Shown here in pieces: positions 1-8,503 of a stretch of 48,466 nucleotides of DNA; position 1 is the stretch's first letter, and every line of letters begins with the position of its first letter. Both the position numbers and the translations under genes were made by a program. Source of the stretch: Pseudomonadota bacterium (GTDB lineage Bacteria; Bdellovibrionota; FAC87; UBA2466). The stretch spans positions 1-48,466 of the forward strand of contig JAYSWN010000189.1 in NCBI GenBank assembly GCA_043718025.1, read 5' to 3'. A model generated the notes under the pieces. The model saw only the letters and a list, made by a program, of their open reading frames with translations, did no database searches and was not told the DNA's origin.

Positions 1-50
1 ACGCCCGGCAAATGCACCCCAACTAAAATAGCTTTCATATTCGGTTTCAT
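1..50 (-). CDS. 5' end of a gene running off the window; possibly GTPase HflX
   Basis: ATG at 50-48 reads MKPNMKAILVGVHLPG and is open to the window edge. 'AILVGV.LP' resembles HflX N-termini, but only 16 codons are visible. Confidence 0.35.
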   Translation of the reverse strand, partial: MKPNMKAILVGVHLPG

Positions 51-129
51 CGTTGCTTCTCAATACCCGCCCTTGCCCCTGATTCCTAGCGTATTACCGC
101 GGGCACGAAATGGCTGATAGAATTGGGGC

Positions 130-1299
130 ATGATCTCGGCATTGGCGAAACAGTTTGGCACTCCTTTATACGTTTACGATGGGCTTAAGCTGAAGGAACG
201 GTGTAAAGCCTTCCGAGCCGCATTTCGTCGTCCCGACACCCGTTTTTTCTTCGCGGTTAAGGCGAATTTCAATCCGACCCTCTTGAAGTTAATTTTTGAC
301 TCAGGATTTGGGGCCGATGTGGTTTCGCAGGGAGAGCTGGAAATCGTGCGAAGCGTTGGCCTGCCCGCCGATAAAATTATGTTTTCTGGAGTGGGTAAGA
401 CCAACGCCGAGTTAAAGTTTGCGATCGAAGAGCGCATTCACGCCATCCAGATTGAATCACCCTTCGAATGGGACGCGCTAGAAAATTTGGGCGCGGTTGC
501 CCAAAAAACACGGGTTAGCCTGCGGGTGAATCTCGACATCGACGCGCACACTCATCGGCACATCACCACCGCGACTCAATCGGCAAAATTTGGCATGCCC
601 ATGGCCGAGGCCGAACGACTGGCCGAACAGATCTTAAAGCGGGGAGGCGTTCTGGTCGGTCTCTCTTGCCACTTGGGGAGCCAGATCAAAGAGGCCGCCC
701 CTTTTCGTGAGGCCACCAAGGCGCTGGCCGGTTTAGCCTCCTCGCTGAACCACAACTTTGAATTCATCAGCCTGGGCGGCGGCTTGGGCATTGGTTATCG
801 GCCCAATGAGGCTACGCTACCGGTTACTGAATATGCCGAAGCCATCGAAGGGCAGCTTAAGGGTTGCGCCGCTCGGCTTCATCTTGAGCCCGGTAGGTGG
901 ATTGTGGCGCCATGTGGCCGGCTGCTCGCTACCGTCTTGGGGATTAAGACAAACGGCGCGAACCGCTTCGTAGTAATCGATGCCGGCATGAATGATCTGA
1001 TTCGCCCTGCTCTCTACGAAGCCCATCACGAGATCACGAGCGAGGTCATTAAAAAAGAGTCCTTCACCGCCACCGTGGTGGGACCAGTGTGCGAAACCGC
1101 CGATACGTTTGCCACCTCCCGAAGTATTCCCGCGGTGGACGCTGGTGACGTAGTTGCCATCGAAAATGCGGGCGCCTACGGCATGTCGATGGCGAGTAAC
1201 TACAATGGCCGACCCCGCCCCGCAGAAATTTTGGTGACTGCAAGTGAGACAAAACTCATTCGCCGCCGTGAAACCATTAAAGATTTCGTCCTTGCTTGA
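130..1299 (+). CDS. lysA: Diaminopimelate decarboxylase
   Basis: GTPLYVYD, PLP-lysine FAVKAN, HLGSQ, GGGLG, LEPGR, GPVCET-D, GAYGMSMASNYN motifs. Confidence 0.95.
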   Translation: MISALAKQFGTPLYVYDGLKLKERCKAFRAAFRRPDTRFFFAVKANFNPTLLKLIFDSGFGADVVSQGELEIVRSVGLPADKIMFSGVGKTNAELKFAIEERIHAIQIESPFEWDALENLGAVAQKTRVSLRVNLDIDAHTHRHITTATQSAKFGMPMAEAERLAEQILKRGGVLVGLSCHLGSQIKEAAPFREATKALAGLASSLNHNFEFISLGGGLGIGYRPNEATLPVTEYAEAIEGQLKGCAARLHLEPGRWIVAPCGRLLATVLGIKTNGANRFVVIDAGMNDLIRPALYEAHHEITSEVIKKESFTATVVGPVCETADTFATSRSIPAVDAGDVVAIENAGAYGMSMASNYNGRPRPAEILVTASETKLIRRRETIKDFVLA

Positions 1300-1435
1300 G
1301 TCGATTCTCCGTCGTGACGAAAAGCGCGACACGACTTCATCAGTCTTTTCGCCGCCCACTGTAAGTTTGCTCCCGCCCCTTCTCTAGAAATTGCACATAC
1401 GCCAACAATTTCCCTTTCGCTTCTGGTTCAAAACC

Positions 1436-1452
1436 CTGGCCCCAACGGTGCA
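1436..1452 (+). promoter_or_regulatory. Putative sigma-54 (-24/-12) promoter
   Basis: CTGGCCCCAACGGTGCA has TGGC and TGCA with exact GG-N10-GC spacing, 45 bp upstream of the ATG at 1497. Confidence 0.5.
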
Positions 1453-1496
1453 ATCTCCCTACCCCGAGTGTCTCGCGCATTTGAATTGGGAGTGCC

Positions 1497-1856
1497 ATGA
1501 AGCGATTAGTTATCTTTGGGTTGTTCTTTAGCTGCGCCTTGAATTGTGTTTCGCTGTACGGCATCACGCAAAACCCTCATCCGCCGATTCGCGAAAATAA
1601 AAGTTGGTTCGGCGCTATGGAAGCCTCGCTGATGACCGCCCGCGTGCCGAATGCACAAGATTGGGTGGCCCCTTCCTCTGACTCAGATAAGTCATGGCTA
1701 GGGTGGATGGGCTGGTTAGTGGCCGCTGTCTTTTTAATCGTGTTGGCCGCCTTGCACCTAAGAATGCGCCGTCAGCAAAAAACGATGATCCGCGGCGGTG
1801 AGCCCGATTTCTTTTTCTTGCCCCCGGCCCGCGATCGTCGGAGAAACCAGCGCTAA
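1497..1856 (+). CDS. Hypothetical exported/membrane-anchored protein
   Basis: GGGAG RBS; N-terminal signal-like segment; second TM (WLGWMGWLVAAVFLIVLAAL) followed by a basic tail. Confidence 0.65.
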   Translation: MKRLVIFGLFFSCALNCVSLYGITQNPHPPIRENKSWFGAMEASLMTARVPNAQDWVAPSSDSDKSWLGWMGWLVAAVFLIVLAALHLRMRRQQKTMIRGGEPDFFFLPPARDRRRNQR

Positions 1857-1883
1857 ACGGCAAATGCCACGGAGCCAGAACCT

Positions 1884-3773
1884 TTAGATTTCGACGACCA
1901 TGCCCAATTCGATAACCCGGCTGGCCGGAATCTGGAAGTAGGAGCTAGCGGTTTCGGAGTTTCGAGCCAGAAAAACAAAGATGCTTTCTCTCCATTCCGC
2001 CATTCCCGGTATATTGGTGGCCACCACATTGCGGCGCCCCATGTAAAACGTAGTCTCTTCGATCTTGAGAGTAAGCCCCTGTTTGGCACACTGTTCGAGT
2101 ACGCGGGGAATATCGGGAGACTCCATAAAACCAAAACGGGCAATCACTTGATAAAAACTCGGGGAGAGCAGCTGAATGGAAACTCGATTTTCCAGCGTGA
2201 CGTAGGGAATCTCTTCAATGATTACGCTTAAGAACACCACGGTCTCGTGAAGCACTTGGTTATGCTTCACGTTTCTCAGAAGCGCGGGAGGCGTGCCTTG
2301 ATTAAACTCCGTCATAAACACGGCATTTCCCTTTACCCGGTGGGTTACGAGCGGAACGATCTCTTTTAGGCAGACCTCGATGGGCATCACGTGCTTGGCC
2401 AGGTTAGCCGCCACCAACGAACGTCCGCGTTTCCAAGTGACCATGAGAAAAAAGATCATGCCCCCCAATGCCAGGGGTAACCAACCGCCATGAAGAATTT
2501 TAAGCGCGTTGGCTCCGAAAAAGGCCAAATCAAAAAATAAAAAGAAACCCGCCACTGAGCCGGCCAGCCAGAGATTCCATTTCCAGAGTGAACGAGCCAC
2601 GACAAAGGTAAGAGCCGTGGTGATCATCATCGTGCCGGTAACCGCAATTCCGTAGGCCGCCGCCAGTCGCGATGAAGACTGAAACTCGAAAACCAATATC
2701 AGGGTGCCAATGAGCATGAGCCAATTGACGATGCTCACATAAATTTGCCCCTTCTCATCTTTGGAAGTGTATTTGACGGCCACGTGAGGAAGAAAACCCA
2801 GCTGAATAGCTTGGTGACTCATCGAAAAAGCGCCGGTGAGCATCGCTTGCGATGCAATCACGGTGGCAGCGGTAGCCAAAGCCACCAGGGGGTACAGAGC
2901 CCAAGCGGGAGCTAAAAGGTAGAAAGGATTAGAGATCGCTTCTGGCGATCGAATTAACAATGCCGCTTGACCAAAATACTGCAATGCCAACGCCGGCAGG
3001 GCTACGACAAACCAGCCCAGCTTAATTGGCCGCCGCCCGAAATGTCCCATATCGGCATAAAGAGCCTCGCCACCGGTAACCACGAGAAACACACTTCCCA
3101 ACACCGCGAACCCCGCAAATCCGTTCTCCACAAAAAAGCGAACGGCGTAGTAAGGGTTCAACGCGCTAAAAACTTCGGGTTGCTTAACGGCATTGGTAAT
3201 TCCAAGCAATGCCAACACAAAAAACCAAAGCGTCATCACCGGGCCAAAGATCCGCCCAACGTGTGCAGTTCCATACTTTTGTACTGAAAAAAGGCCGATG
3301 AGAATAAGGGCCGTCGTCGGTACGACGAATTGCTTAAAAACCGGCAGCGCAATCTCCAACCCCTCCACGGCACTCAGCACCGAAATGGCCGGAGTAATAA
3401 TTCCGTCGCCGTATAGAAGAGCCGCTCCGAAAAGACCGAGAATCAGTACTGGGCTAAGGCGGTGCACCGTCGGAGATACGTTGGCGGGCATCACTAACGC
3501 CATTAACGCAAGAATTCCGCCCTCACCCCGGTTGTCGGCACGCATCACGAAGAGAAGATATTTCATCGTAACTACGATGAGGGTCGACCAAAGAATCAAC
3601 GAGAGAATCCCAAGAATATTATTGAGATTCAGTGGAACCCCATGCGGGCCAAAGCACTCACGCAAGGCATAAAGCGGACTCGTGCCAATGTCCCCAAAAA
3701 CCACCCCCAAGGCTCCTAAAACTAAAGGATACTCAGAGCGCGGCGCGGATGAAGAGGATCTGGGTGATGTCAT
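1884..3773 (-). CDS. kup: KUP/HAK/KT family potassium transporter
   Basis: GVVFGDIGTSPLYA, ADNRGEGG, GDGIITPAISVLSAVEG, GGEALYADMGHFG motifs; 629 aa. Confidence 0.97.
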   Translation of the reverse strand: MTSPRSSSSAPRSEYPLVLGALGVVFGDIGTSPLYALRECFGPHGVPLNLNNILGILSLILWSTLIVVTMKYLLFVMRADNRGEGGILALMALVMPANVSPTVHRLSPVLILGLFGAALLYGDGIITPAISVLSAVEGLEIALPVFKQFVVPTTALILIGLFSVQKYGTAHVGRIFGPVMTLWFFVLALLGITNAVKQPEVFSALNPYYAVRFFVENGFAGFAVLGSVFLVVTGGEALYADMGHFGRRPIKLGWFVVALPALALQYFGQAALLIRSPEAISNPFYLLAPAWALYPLVALATAATVIASQAMLTGAFSMSHQAIQLGFLPHVAVKYTSKDEKGQIYVSIVNWLMLIGTLILVFEFQSSSRLAAAYGIAVTGTMMITTALTFVVARSLWKWNLWLAGSVAGFFLFFDLAFFGANALKILHGGWLPLALGGMIFFLMVTWKRGRSLVAANLAKHVMPIEVCLKEIVPLVTHRVKGNAVFMTEFNQGTPPALLRNVKHNQVLHETVVFLSVIIEEIPYVTLENRVSIQLLSPSFYQVIARFGFMESPDIPRVLEQCAKQGLTLKIEETTFYMGRRNVVATNIPGMAEWRESIFVFLARNSETASSYFQIPASRVIELGMVVEI

Positions 3774-3840
3774 GTCTGAAGGTTAAGTTCAGTTTTGTAG
3801 GGCAGCAAGAACAAACCTCCCTTTCGAAGGGGCAAGTGCA

Positions 3841-5193
3841 TCATTTTTCCGGAAGAATAATTCCGTATTTGTGCGCCTTGCGGTGCAGCGTTTTTCGATC
3901 AATTCCCAACAGTTGAGCCGCTTTCGATTTGTTAAACTTTGACTCTTCCAGCACTTTGAGAATGTGGCGACGTTCCATCTCTTCCAGGGAGGTCACTCCC
4001 CTGGCCTCGACCGGCGTCGGCGTCGCCCCTAAAATCTCAGACGGAAAATCTTCAGGATAAAGCTGCGAGGTCTTGGCCATAGTCACGGCGCGCTCCACCG
4101 CGTGTTCAAGTTCACGTACATTACCGGGCCAATTATAATTCTCGAGTAACGTCATCGCCTCCGCCGTTACCTGGGTGATATTTTTACCGAGCTTTACCGC
4201 GTACACCAAGAGAAAATGGCGAATCAGATCGGCCAAGTCCTCACGCCGTTGCCGCAGAGGAGGCAGATCGATGCGAATCACCTTAAGTCGGTAGTAGAGA
4301 TCCTCACGGAACGTTCCCTTTTGCACTGCCTCGTCCAAATTACGATGGGTCGCCGCCACAATTCTAACGTCGGCCGTTTTGGTCTCGGTTGAACCTACGG
4401 GTTTAAATTCCCCTTCTTGTAGTGTGCGCAATAATTTCACCTGCAAACTGGGGGTCATGTCGCCAATTTCATCTAAAAAAAGAGTGCCGCCGCTGGCCTC
4501 TTCAAAAAGCCCCACCTTATTACCTATTGCGCCGGTGAAGGCCCCCCGTACGTGCCCGAAAAGCTCAGACTCAAGTAAGCTTTCGGTCAACGCTCCACAA
4601 TTTACGGGAATAAATTTTTTCTTCTGCCGGTCGCTGTGCTCGTGAATGGCGCGAGCCACCAACTCTTTTCCAGTTCCACTTTCTCCCAAGATCAAAACCG
4701 GGCTCGAAGCTAGAGTCGCTCGCGCCATCGTTTTAAAAACTTCGACCAGCGCCGATGACCTTCCAATTAACGACCGTGGCGCCATCATCGGGGGGGGAAG
4801 CACTTCGCCCGATTCTTTGGCATTTTTTTGTAGCTCTACATGCTGGGCCGCGCGTCCCACCACGGCCTTAAGCTCGTTAACCTTGAAAGGCTTGCTAACG
4901 TAATCGAATGCTCCTTCTTGAATCGCCCGGATTGCGCCTTCCATAGTTCCAAAAGCGGTCATCAATATGACGATGGGCGCGCTGGCGATGCGCTTGCACT
5001 GAGCCAAGAGTTCAAAACCGTCGACTTCGAGCATACGAATATCGGTGAGCACAATGGAAAACCGCTCTTTGTCCAATAGGCGCAGGGCCTCTTCGCCGCT
5101 CGAAACCAACGTAAATTGGTAGCCGGGCGAAGAAAAAATTTCGCCCAAGAGGTCCCTGGTTACGCGATCGTCATCAACGATTAGTAATTTCAT
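3841..5193 (-). CDS. Sigma-54-dependent response regulator (NtrC/ZraR/AtoC family)
   Basis: Receiver domain (IVDDD, TDIRM), Walker A GESGTGKE, intact GAFTGA, FLDEIGD, WPGNVREL, C-terminal Fis-type HTH. Confidence 0.95.
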   Translation of the reverse strand: MKLLIVDDDRVTRDLLGEIFSSPGYQFTLVSSGEEALRLLDKERFSIVLTDIRMLEVDGFELLAQCKRIASAPIVILMTAFGTMEGAIRAIQEGAFDYVSKPFKVNELKAVVGRAAQHVELQKNAKESGEVLPPPMMAPRSLIGRSSALVEVFKTMARATLASSPVLILGESGTGKELVARAIHEHSDRQKKKFIPVNCGALTESLLESELFGHVRGAFTGAIGNKVGLFEEASGGTLFLDEIGDMTPSLQVKLLRTLQEGEFKPVGSTETKTADVRIVAATHRNLDEAVQKGTFREDLYYRLKVIRIDLPPLRQRREDLADLIRHFLLVYAVKLGKNITQVTAEAMTLLENYNWPGNVRELEHAVERAVTMAKTSQLYPEDFPSEILGATPTPVEARGVTSLEEMERRHILKVLEESKFNKSKAAQLLGIDRKTLHRKAHKYGIILPEK

Positions 5194-5211
5194 TGCAGTC
5201 TATTTACCCCG

Positions 5212-6657
5212 TCAGACGCTTTCTCGGTAAGGAATTTCCATTACCACTTCAGTCCAGGCCCCTTCACGCGATTCGATAGTTAAATGGCCACCATACTTTT
5301 TGGCGATGCCTTCGCAAATCGGCAATCCCAGGCCCGTTCCATCGCCGGGCCCCTTGGTCGTAAAAAATGGCTTCAACACGCTCTTAAGATTCTCGCGCGC
5401 AATGCCTTCGCCCGTGTCTCGCACTGAAAGTACCGCCCACGATAGGCCGCGGTCTTTCTTCAATGAAGTGGTGACGGTGATCTTCATTGGCTCATTGCCC
5501 GACTTCAACTTTTTGCTTTTGATACTATCTAAAGAGTTGTTGGTGAGGTTCAAGAGCACCTGTTCAAAATCCAGCGGCGCCGCCAATAATGGCGGCATTT
5601 GGCGATTCAGATCTTTTATCAGCTCAACCTTTAGCGTATCGATACGTGGCCGTAATAGTTCCATCGCTTTGTCCACGATGGCGTTGGGATCGATTAACTG
5701 ATTTTGGGTCACTGGTTTTGAGGTCGTGTGCAACAGATCTTTTACAATCGTCTCGATGCGACGCACCTCACCCGACAAAATGGCAATTCGCTCCGATGGC
5801 GATTTTCTGGTCGGATGCAGATGCGGCATTGCCACTTCGGCTAAATCCTCTTGCATCAATTCCAAATGACCGGAAATAGCATTAAGGGGGGTGCCAATCT
5901 CGTGCGCCACGCGCGCGGTAAGCTGACCCATTACGGCGAGTTTCTCGCTATTCATAAGCTGTCGCTGCGTTTCATCAAGCTGTTCGCTAAGCGCGACATT
6001 TTGCGATTCGGCCAACCGAAGCAGGCGTTCATTGGCCACCGTCTTTCGCAAAAAGTAACTGAGTAGCAGCACCAGAATCATTTCGCTGACCACCGCCCCG
6101 ACGACGATGATTCGCGACAAGGCTTGCATCAAGCGGATCACGCTCTTGAGTGAAACCTCCGCGTGGACCATGCCCAGAATCCGGCGCGAACTCTTTTTGT
6201 CTTTTGCAATCGAAAGTATAGGAACCCGAATGTCCCAAGCCGGCGAATCGGCGTCGTCAGATTTAAACTCAGACTCAGTGCGCTCGACCAGCACTTCGTC
6301 ACTGGTAGGTGACAGCGTTTCGTCAACGTTGGTGGCAATTTTCTTACCGCGCATGGTATCGCCATCACGCACGATTACGTCGATGCGAAGAATACTGGGC
6401 TGTAAATAGAGCTGCTGTTGAATCTCATCTTCAATCACTTGGGTGGCATCGGGCCGCGACAACCAACGCTGTCCAACCACTTTCGTGGCAATCAGTTCGG
6501 CGGTGCTTAAACCGATTTGACGCCACTCTTCTTCAAGAATGGGACGGGTAAATTGGTACTGGAAAAAAGTGATCCCGATGAACGTCGGAATGGTTACGGC
6601 CAATAGAACGATAATGATCTTCGTCTGAATATCGATATTGCGGAGGACGAATTTCAC
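5212..6657 (-). CDS. Membrane sensor histidine kinase
   Basis: Two TM helices flank a periplasmic domain; H-box AHEIGTPL, N-box NLTNNS, DTGEGI, PFFTTK, GTGLGL. Confidence 0.95.
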   Translation of the reverse strand: MKFVLRNIDIQTKIIIVLLAVTIPTFIGITFFQYQFTRPILEEEWRQIGLSTAELIATKVVGQRWLSRPDATQVIEDEIQQQLYLQPSILRIDVIVRDGDTMRGKKIATNVDETLSPTSDEVLVERTESEFKSDDADSPAWDIRVPILSIAKDKKSSRRILGMVHAEVSLKSVIRLMQALSRIIVVGAVVSEMILVLLLSYFLRKTVANERLLRLAESQNVALSEQLDETQRQLMNSEKLAVMGQLTARVAHEIGTPLNAISGHLELMQEDLAEVAMPHLHPTRKSPSERIAILSGEVRRIETIVKDLLHTTSKPVTQNQLIDPNAIVDKAMELLRPRIDTLKVELIKDLNRQMPPLLAAPLDFEQVLLNLTNNSLDSIKSKKLKSGNEPMKITVTTSLKKDRGLSWAVLSVRDTGEGIARENLKSVLKPFFTTKGPGDGTGLGLPICEGIAKKYGGHLTIESREGAWTEVVMEIPYRESV

Positions 6658-6718
6658 TAGGGCCTACTTGTCTCATGAAATGGGGGGCGGGGCCATCGCC
6701 ATAGGCGATAAAAAGGGC

Positions 6719-6750
6719 AAAAAAAAGAGGGTGGCTAGTGGCCACCCTCT
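6719..6750 (-). terminator. Intrinsic terminator after the Asr-like gene
   Basis: Minus strand reads AGAGGGTGGC-CACTA-GCCACCCTCT followed by a T-run: perfect 10-bp stem. Confidence 0.85.
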
Positions 6751-6793
6751 CAAATTCTTCAGGCAAAAAGCCCCGAAGACCTAACCGCCCTAA

Positions 6794-7027
6794 TTACTTA
6801 GTGGTGGCTTCAGCGGCATCTTTGTGAGCTTTTTTAGCTTTTTTGCTTTTTTTCTTGTGGTCGGCTTTAGCTTCTTTGTGCGTATCCGTGGTGGTCGTAG
6901 TCGTAGTGGCTTCCGAAGTAGTGGTGGTCGGAGCCGTTTCCGTCGTGGTAGCAGGAGCTGCCGCTTCGTTTCCGAAAGACGACAAGCCAAACAAGGCAAC
7001 AAACAAAGCAACGATTACTGATTTCAT
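6794..7027 (-). CDS. Small periplasmic Thr-rich/Lys-His-rich protein (acid-shock Asr-like)
   Basis: GGAG RBS; signal peptide MKSVIVALFVALFGLSSFG; poly-Thr segment, then HKEAKADHKKKSKKAKKAHK; flanked by its own promoter and terminator. Confidence 0.8.
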   Translation of the reverse strand: MKSVIVALFVALFGLSSFGNEAAAPATTTETAPTTTTSEATTTTTTTDTHKEAKADHKKKSKKAKKAHKDAAEATTK

Positions 7028-7122
7028 GTTTTCTCCGATGAATGGGGCTCAACTTGATCGGACAACGAATTAAACACAGCGCCTAACTCGCCCCTTAATT
7101 GAGACCTACGAAACTTACTCTA

Positions 7123-7139
7123 AGCAACTCTGATGCCAG
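7123..7139 (-). promoter_or_regulatory. Sigma-54 (-24/-12) promoter
   Basis: Minus strand CTGGCATCAGAGTTGCT is near-consensus for YTGGCACG-N4-TTGCW, with GG-N10-GC spacing. Confidence 0.8.
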
Positions 7140-7175
7140 CCGCAATCCCGCTCATCGTAACGAGGGAGGTAAAAA

Positions 7176-7228
7176 CTGAGGCGAAACGCCCCTGCTTTCA
7201 TGGGTGCGGCTGGGGCAAAGCGCCCCAG
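7176..7228. promoter_or_regulatory. Tandem palindromic upstream activator sites (putative bEBP binding)
   Basis: CTGAGGC-GAAAC-GCCCCTG (7176-7194) and CTGGGGC-AAAGC-GCCCCAG (7210-7228), starts 34 bp apart, centred about -73 and -107 from the predicted TSS. Confidence 0.65.
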
Positions 7229-7231
7229 AAC

Positions 7232-8035
7232 TTAGTCATTGCGAGCTCGAAAACCGCTGGCGCGGAGCAAGCTATGGGTGACTTCAGGGAAGTGCCGGTT
7301 TATCCAAACCGCCGCCTTTCCGTGGCCGGTGATGATGATTTCGCGGCGACGAAGGTAGAGGCTGTTCACCATTTGACGCGCCGCCTTATCGGCCTTCATT
7401 GGCAACCAGCTCGGTAAAGGATCGGTTGCCGCGTCGCGCAGAGCCCCTTTGTTGTCGACCCGCCGGATCTCAGACTCCACAAACCCCGGCGCCAAATGCG
7501 TTACCGACACGCCCGCCTCAGAAAGCTCAAGGGAGAGCGATTCGGCTAGGGCACGAATCGCAAATTTGCTCATCGCATAAGGAGCATTACCGGCCAAAGC
7601 CACAAAGCCATTTACACTGCCAGTAATGCCAATTCGCCCCTTCGATTTCTTTAACTCCGGCAGAGCGGCCTGCACCGTCCGAATGACTCCGTAAATATTG
7701 GTCTCGAACTGCCGGCGAAAGTCGTCGAGCGTAAGTTTTTCGACTTCACCCACCACACCGAAGCCGGCATTAGCCACCACGACGTCGAGCTGGCCGAATT
7801 CTTTCATCGCCAACGCTACGGCCTTTTCAATTTCGCCATCTTTTGAGACATCGGCTACGCAGGGCAGAGCCCGCTGGCTTAGGGTCGTAAACCCACGGCA
7901 ACTGACATCGAGCCGGTCTTTGCGCCGGGCAACCAAGATCAGATTTGCCCCCTGCTCAAAAAAGACTCTGGCTAAGGCCAGACCAATACCGGAGGAAGCG
8001 CCAGTGAGCAGAACCACTTGATTTTGAAATCTCAT
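7232..8035 (-). CDS. SDR family NAD(P)-dependent oxidoreductase
   Basis: TGASSGIG, VANAG, catalytic YAMSK, PGFVES. Confidence 0.95.
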   Translation of the reverse strand: MRFQNQVVLLTGASSGIGLALARVFFEQGANLILVARRKDRLDVSCRGFTTLSQRALPCVADVSKDGEIEKAVALAMKEFGQLDVVVANAGFGVVGEVEKLTLDDFRRQFETNIYGVIRTVQAALPELKKSKGRIGITGSVNGFVALAGNAPYAMSKFAIRALAESLSLELSEAGVSVTHLAPGFVESEIRRVDNKGALRDAATDPLPSWLPMKADKAARQMVNSLYLRRREIIITGHGKAAVWINRHFPEVTHSLLRASGFRARND

Positions 8036-8138
8036 TTGGAATTGAGATTATGCCACTAACCCACGGCCGACAATGGCCCCCCCTTCTTACTTACTCGACG
8101 CGTTGCAAAGCGACTCTCAGCACGTGGTAGGATGAGCG

Positions 8139-8498
8139 ATGAATTTTTGGAACCCCTCACCAGCGAGACTGCTACTGAGCCTCGGCGTCTCTTTCTTCAT
8201 TCACTTATTCCCCAGCCCGTCACAAGCTTTCTTGGTCTCTCCGGTTTTTGGATCGAGGCTTGATTGCGCAGCGATAGCCGAAAGAGATCTGAAAAAATGC
8301 AAAGGGATGGATTGCAAAGGCGTGCTATCTGAAAATAAGGCCCAATGTGCTTCCCAGGACTGCCGAGCCATCGTGGAAGACAATGCCGTTAAATGCGCCA
8401 CCAAAGACTGCCGCGCCTTCGTCGCCGGAAAGGCCGACCAATGTGACAGCAAAAACTGCCGCGCCGCCATTAATCGATCATCGGCAGAATGCCCGTAA
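8139..8498 (+). CDS. Secreted cysteine-rich repeat protein
   Basis: Signal-like N-terminus ending SQA; 10 Cys in five 16-aa repeats. Confidence 0.8.
   Translation: MNFWNPSPARLLLSLGVSFFIHLFPSPSQAFLVSPVFGSRLDCAAIAERDLKKCKGMDCKGVLSENKAQCASQDCRAIVEDNAVKCATKDCRAFVAGKADQCDSKNCRAAINRSSAECP
8262..8495 (+). repeat. Five degenerate 48-bp (16-aa) coding repeats, [DN]C-x10-C-x3
   Basis: Units start at 8262, 8310, 8358, 8406 and 8454: DCAAIAERDLKKCKGM / DCKGVLSENKAQCASQ / DCRAIVEDNAVKCATK / DCRAFVAGKADQCDSK / NCRAAINRSSAECP. Confidence 0.85.
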
Positions 8499-8503
8499 GG
8501 CAC

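Noticed and set aside
51..129. Lysine riboswitch upstream of lysA
   Set aside because: The spacer is only about 80 bp to a probable divergent start, too short, and shows no L-box motifs
3774..3840. c-di-AMP (ydaO) riboswitch upstream of kup
   Set aside because: The 67-bp spacer has only a small hairpin and no ydaO consensus
6880..6950. GTG/GTC/GTA triplet-like repeats as a tandem array
   Set aside because: These simply encode the poly-Thr tract of the Asr-like protein on the minus strand
7235..7246. GTCATTGCGAGC resembling the start of the REP family
   Set aside because: Lies inside the last codons of the SDR gene, lacks the C of CGTC, and has no hairpin or GCAATC arm; probably chance
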